Positions 34,720-35,707 of a stretch of 35,707 bases of DNA are shown one piece after another. How positions within the stretch are numbered: the stretch's first letter is position 1; every line of letters starts with the position of its first letter. A program made the position numbers and the translations under genes. The stretch lies in contig JBBDWT010000201.1 of NCBI GenBank assembly GCA_040902705.1, positions 5,488-41,194 of the forward strand, read 5' to 3'. The notes under the pieces are model-generated. The model was not told where the DNA came from, searched no databases, and worked only from the letters and a program-made list of their open reading frames with translations. The stretch is from Acidimicrobiia bacterium. Lineage in GTDB: Bacteria > Actinomycetota > Acidimicrobiia > IMCC26256 > PALSA-555.

Positions 34720-35707
34720 GCGGGGACGGGGCGGGCGGCGGCCGGCCCGGCCGCGGCGGCGGCCTCGACCGCGCGCTTGGCGTGGTAGCTGGAGCGGACG
34801 AGCGGGCCCGCTTCGACGTGCGCGAACCCGAGGCCCTCGGCGTAGGCGCCGATCTCGGCGAGCTCCGCCGGCGTCCACCACCGCACCACGGGCAGGTGAC
34901 GAGCCGACGGCCGCAGGTACTGCCCGACGGTGAGGATGTCGACGCCGACGGCACGGAGGTCGGCGATGGCCGCCTCGACCTCGTCGGCGTCTTCGCCCAT
35001 CCCGACGATGAGCCCCGACTTGGTGTGCAGACCGGCATCCTTCGCGCGTGCGAGCACGGCGAGCGACCGCGCGTAGCTCGCCGACGGTCGAGCCGCGCGC
35101 TGGAGCCGAGCGACCGTCTCGAGGTTGTGGTTCAGGACGTCGGGCGCGGCGTCGAAGATCACGCCGAGCGCGTCGGCGTCGCCCTTGCAGTCGGGGATCA
35201 GCACCTCGATCCGGGTCGCGGGGGTGCGCGACCGCATCGCGCGGATGGTCGCCGCGAATATCCCCGCGCCGCCGTCGTCGAGATCGTCACGCGCCACGCT
35301 CGTCACGACCGCGTGCTGCAAGCCGAGGGTCGCGACGGCATCGGCGACGCGTGCGGGCTCGTCGACGTCGACTGCGAGCGGATGGCGCGTGTCGACCAGG
35401 CAGAAGCCGCACGCGCGCGTGCACCGCTCACCGAGGATCATGAACGTCGCGGTGCCGTCGGCCCAGCACTCGTAGATGTTGGGGCAGCCCGCCTCCTCGC
35501 AGACGGTGTGCAGGTCGAGGTCGCGCATCAGCTGCCGCGTCGCGCGGTAGCCCTCGCCGAAGTCGGCCTTGACGCGCATCCACTCGGGCCTCCGGGCCCG
35601 GCCGTCCTCGACCGGCGCCTCGACCCCCGCCGCCGCGAGCCGCCCGAGCAGCCGCACCGGCGCCCCCACCGCGCGCTCCGCCGACCCCAGGCTTCTCGGC
35701 ACGTTCA
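34716..35707 (-). CDS. lipA: lipoyl synthase (radical SAM); frame open to the window edge
   Basis: CEEAGCPNIYEC, CTRACGFC, TSVARDDL, NHNLET, GQYLRPS and RSSY motifs. Confidence 0.96.
   Translation of the reverse strand, partial: NVPRSLGSAERAVGAPVRLLGRLAAAGVEAPVEDGRARRPEWMRVKADFGEGYRATRQLMRDLDLHTVCEEAGCPNIYECWADGTATFMILGERCTRACGFCLVDTRHPLAVDVDEPARVADAVATLGLQHAVVTSVARDDLDDGGAGIFAATIRAMRSRTPATRIEVLIPDCKGDADALGVIFDAAPDVLNHNLETVARLQRAARPSASYARSLAVLARAKDAGLHTKSGLIVGMGEDADEVEAAIADLRAVGVDILTVGQYLRPSARHLPVVRWWTPAELAEIGAYAEGLGFAHVEAGPLVRSSYHAKRAVEAAAAAGPAAARPVPA

Noticed and set aside
1-35707. CRISPR array, tRNA/rRNA, IS or integrase
   Set aside because: No regularly spaced repeats, RNA-gene signatures or recombinase motifs seen. 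Frequent GTCGAC/CTCGAG/CGATCG words reflect codon usage.

Overview
High-GC actinobacterial DNA; gene content suggests Acidimicrobiia, which is an inference. About 32.7 kb is one surface-glycan biosynthesis and export locus. It holds three GT-C-like membrane proteins (two DUF2142 paralogs), an operon for a 2,3-diacetamido sugar (acetyltransferase, aminotransferase, 3-dehydrogenase, polyprenol-P type GT2), several GT2/GT4 enzymes including a 1200-aa WsaE/WsaF-like fusion, two complete Wzm/Wzt ABC exporters whose ATPases carry C-terminal Wzt-C domains, and seven SAM-methyltransferase folds. Four of these share an N-terminal 'GW..RPDV..GF' beta domain, and two look catalytically dead. The most striking gene encodes a 1152-aa protein that fuses a pseudo-methyltransferase, a coiled coil, three 38-aa repeats and a HAD plus PRT (GT136-type ribofuranosyltransferase) module. 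Non-coding features include a perfect CRP-type box between divergent promoters, an inverted pair of -10 boxes and an unannotated wzm relic. The locus ends at housekeeping genes: a membrane protein, an M24 peptidase and lipA. All family calls come from motifs read by eye; no database search was run.
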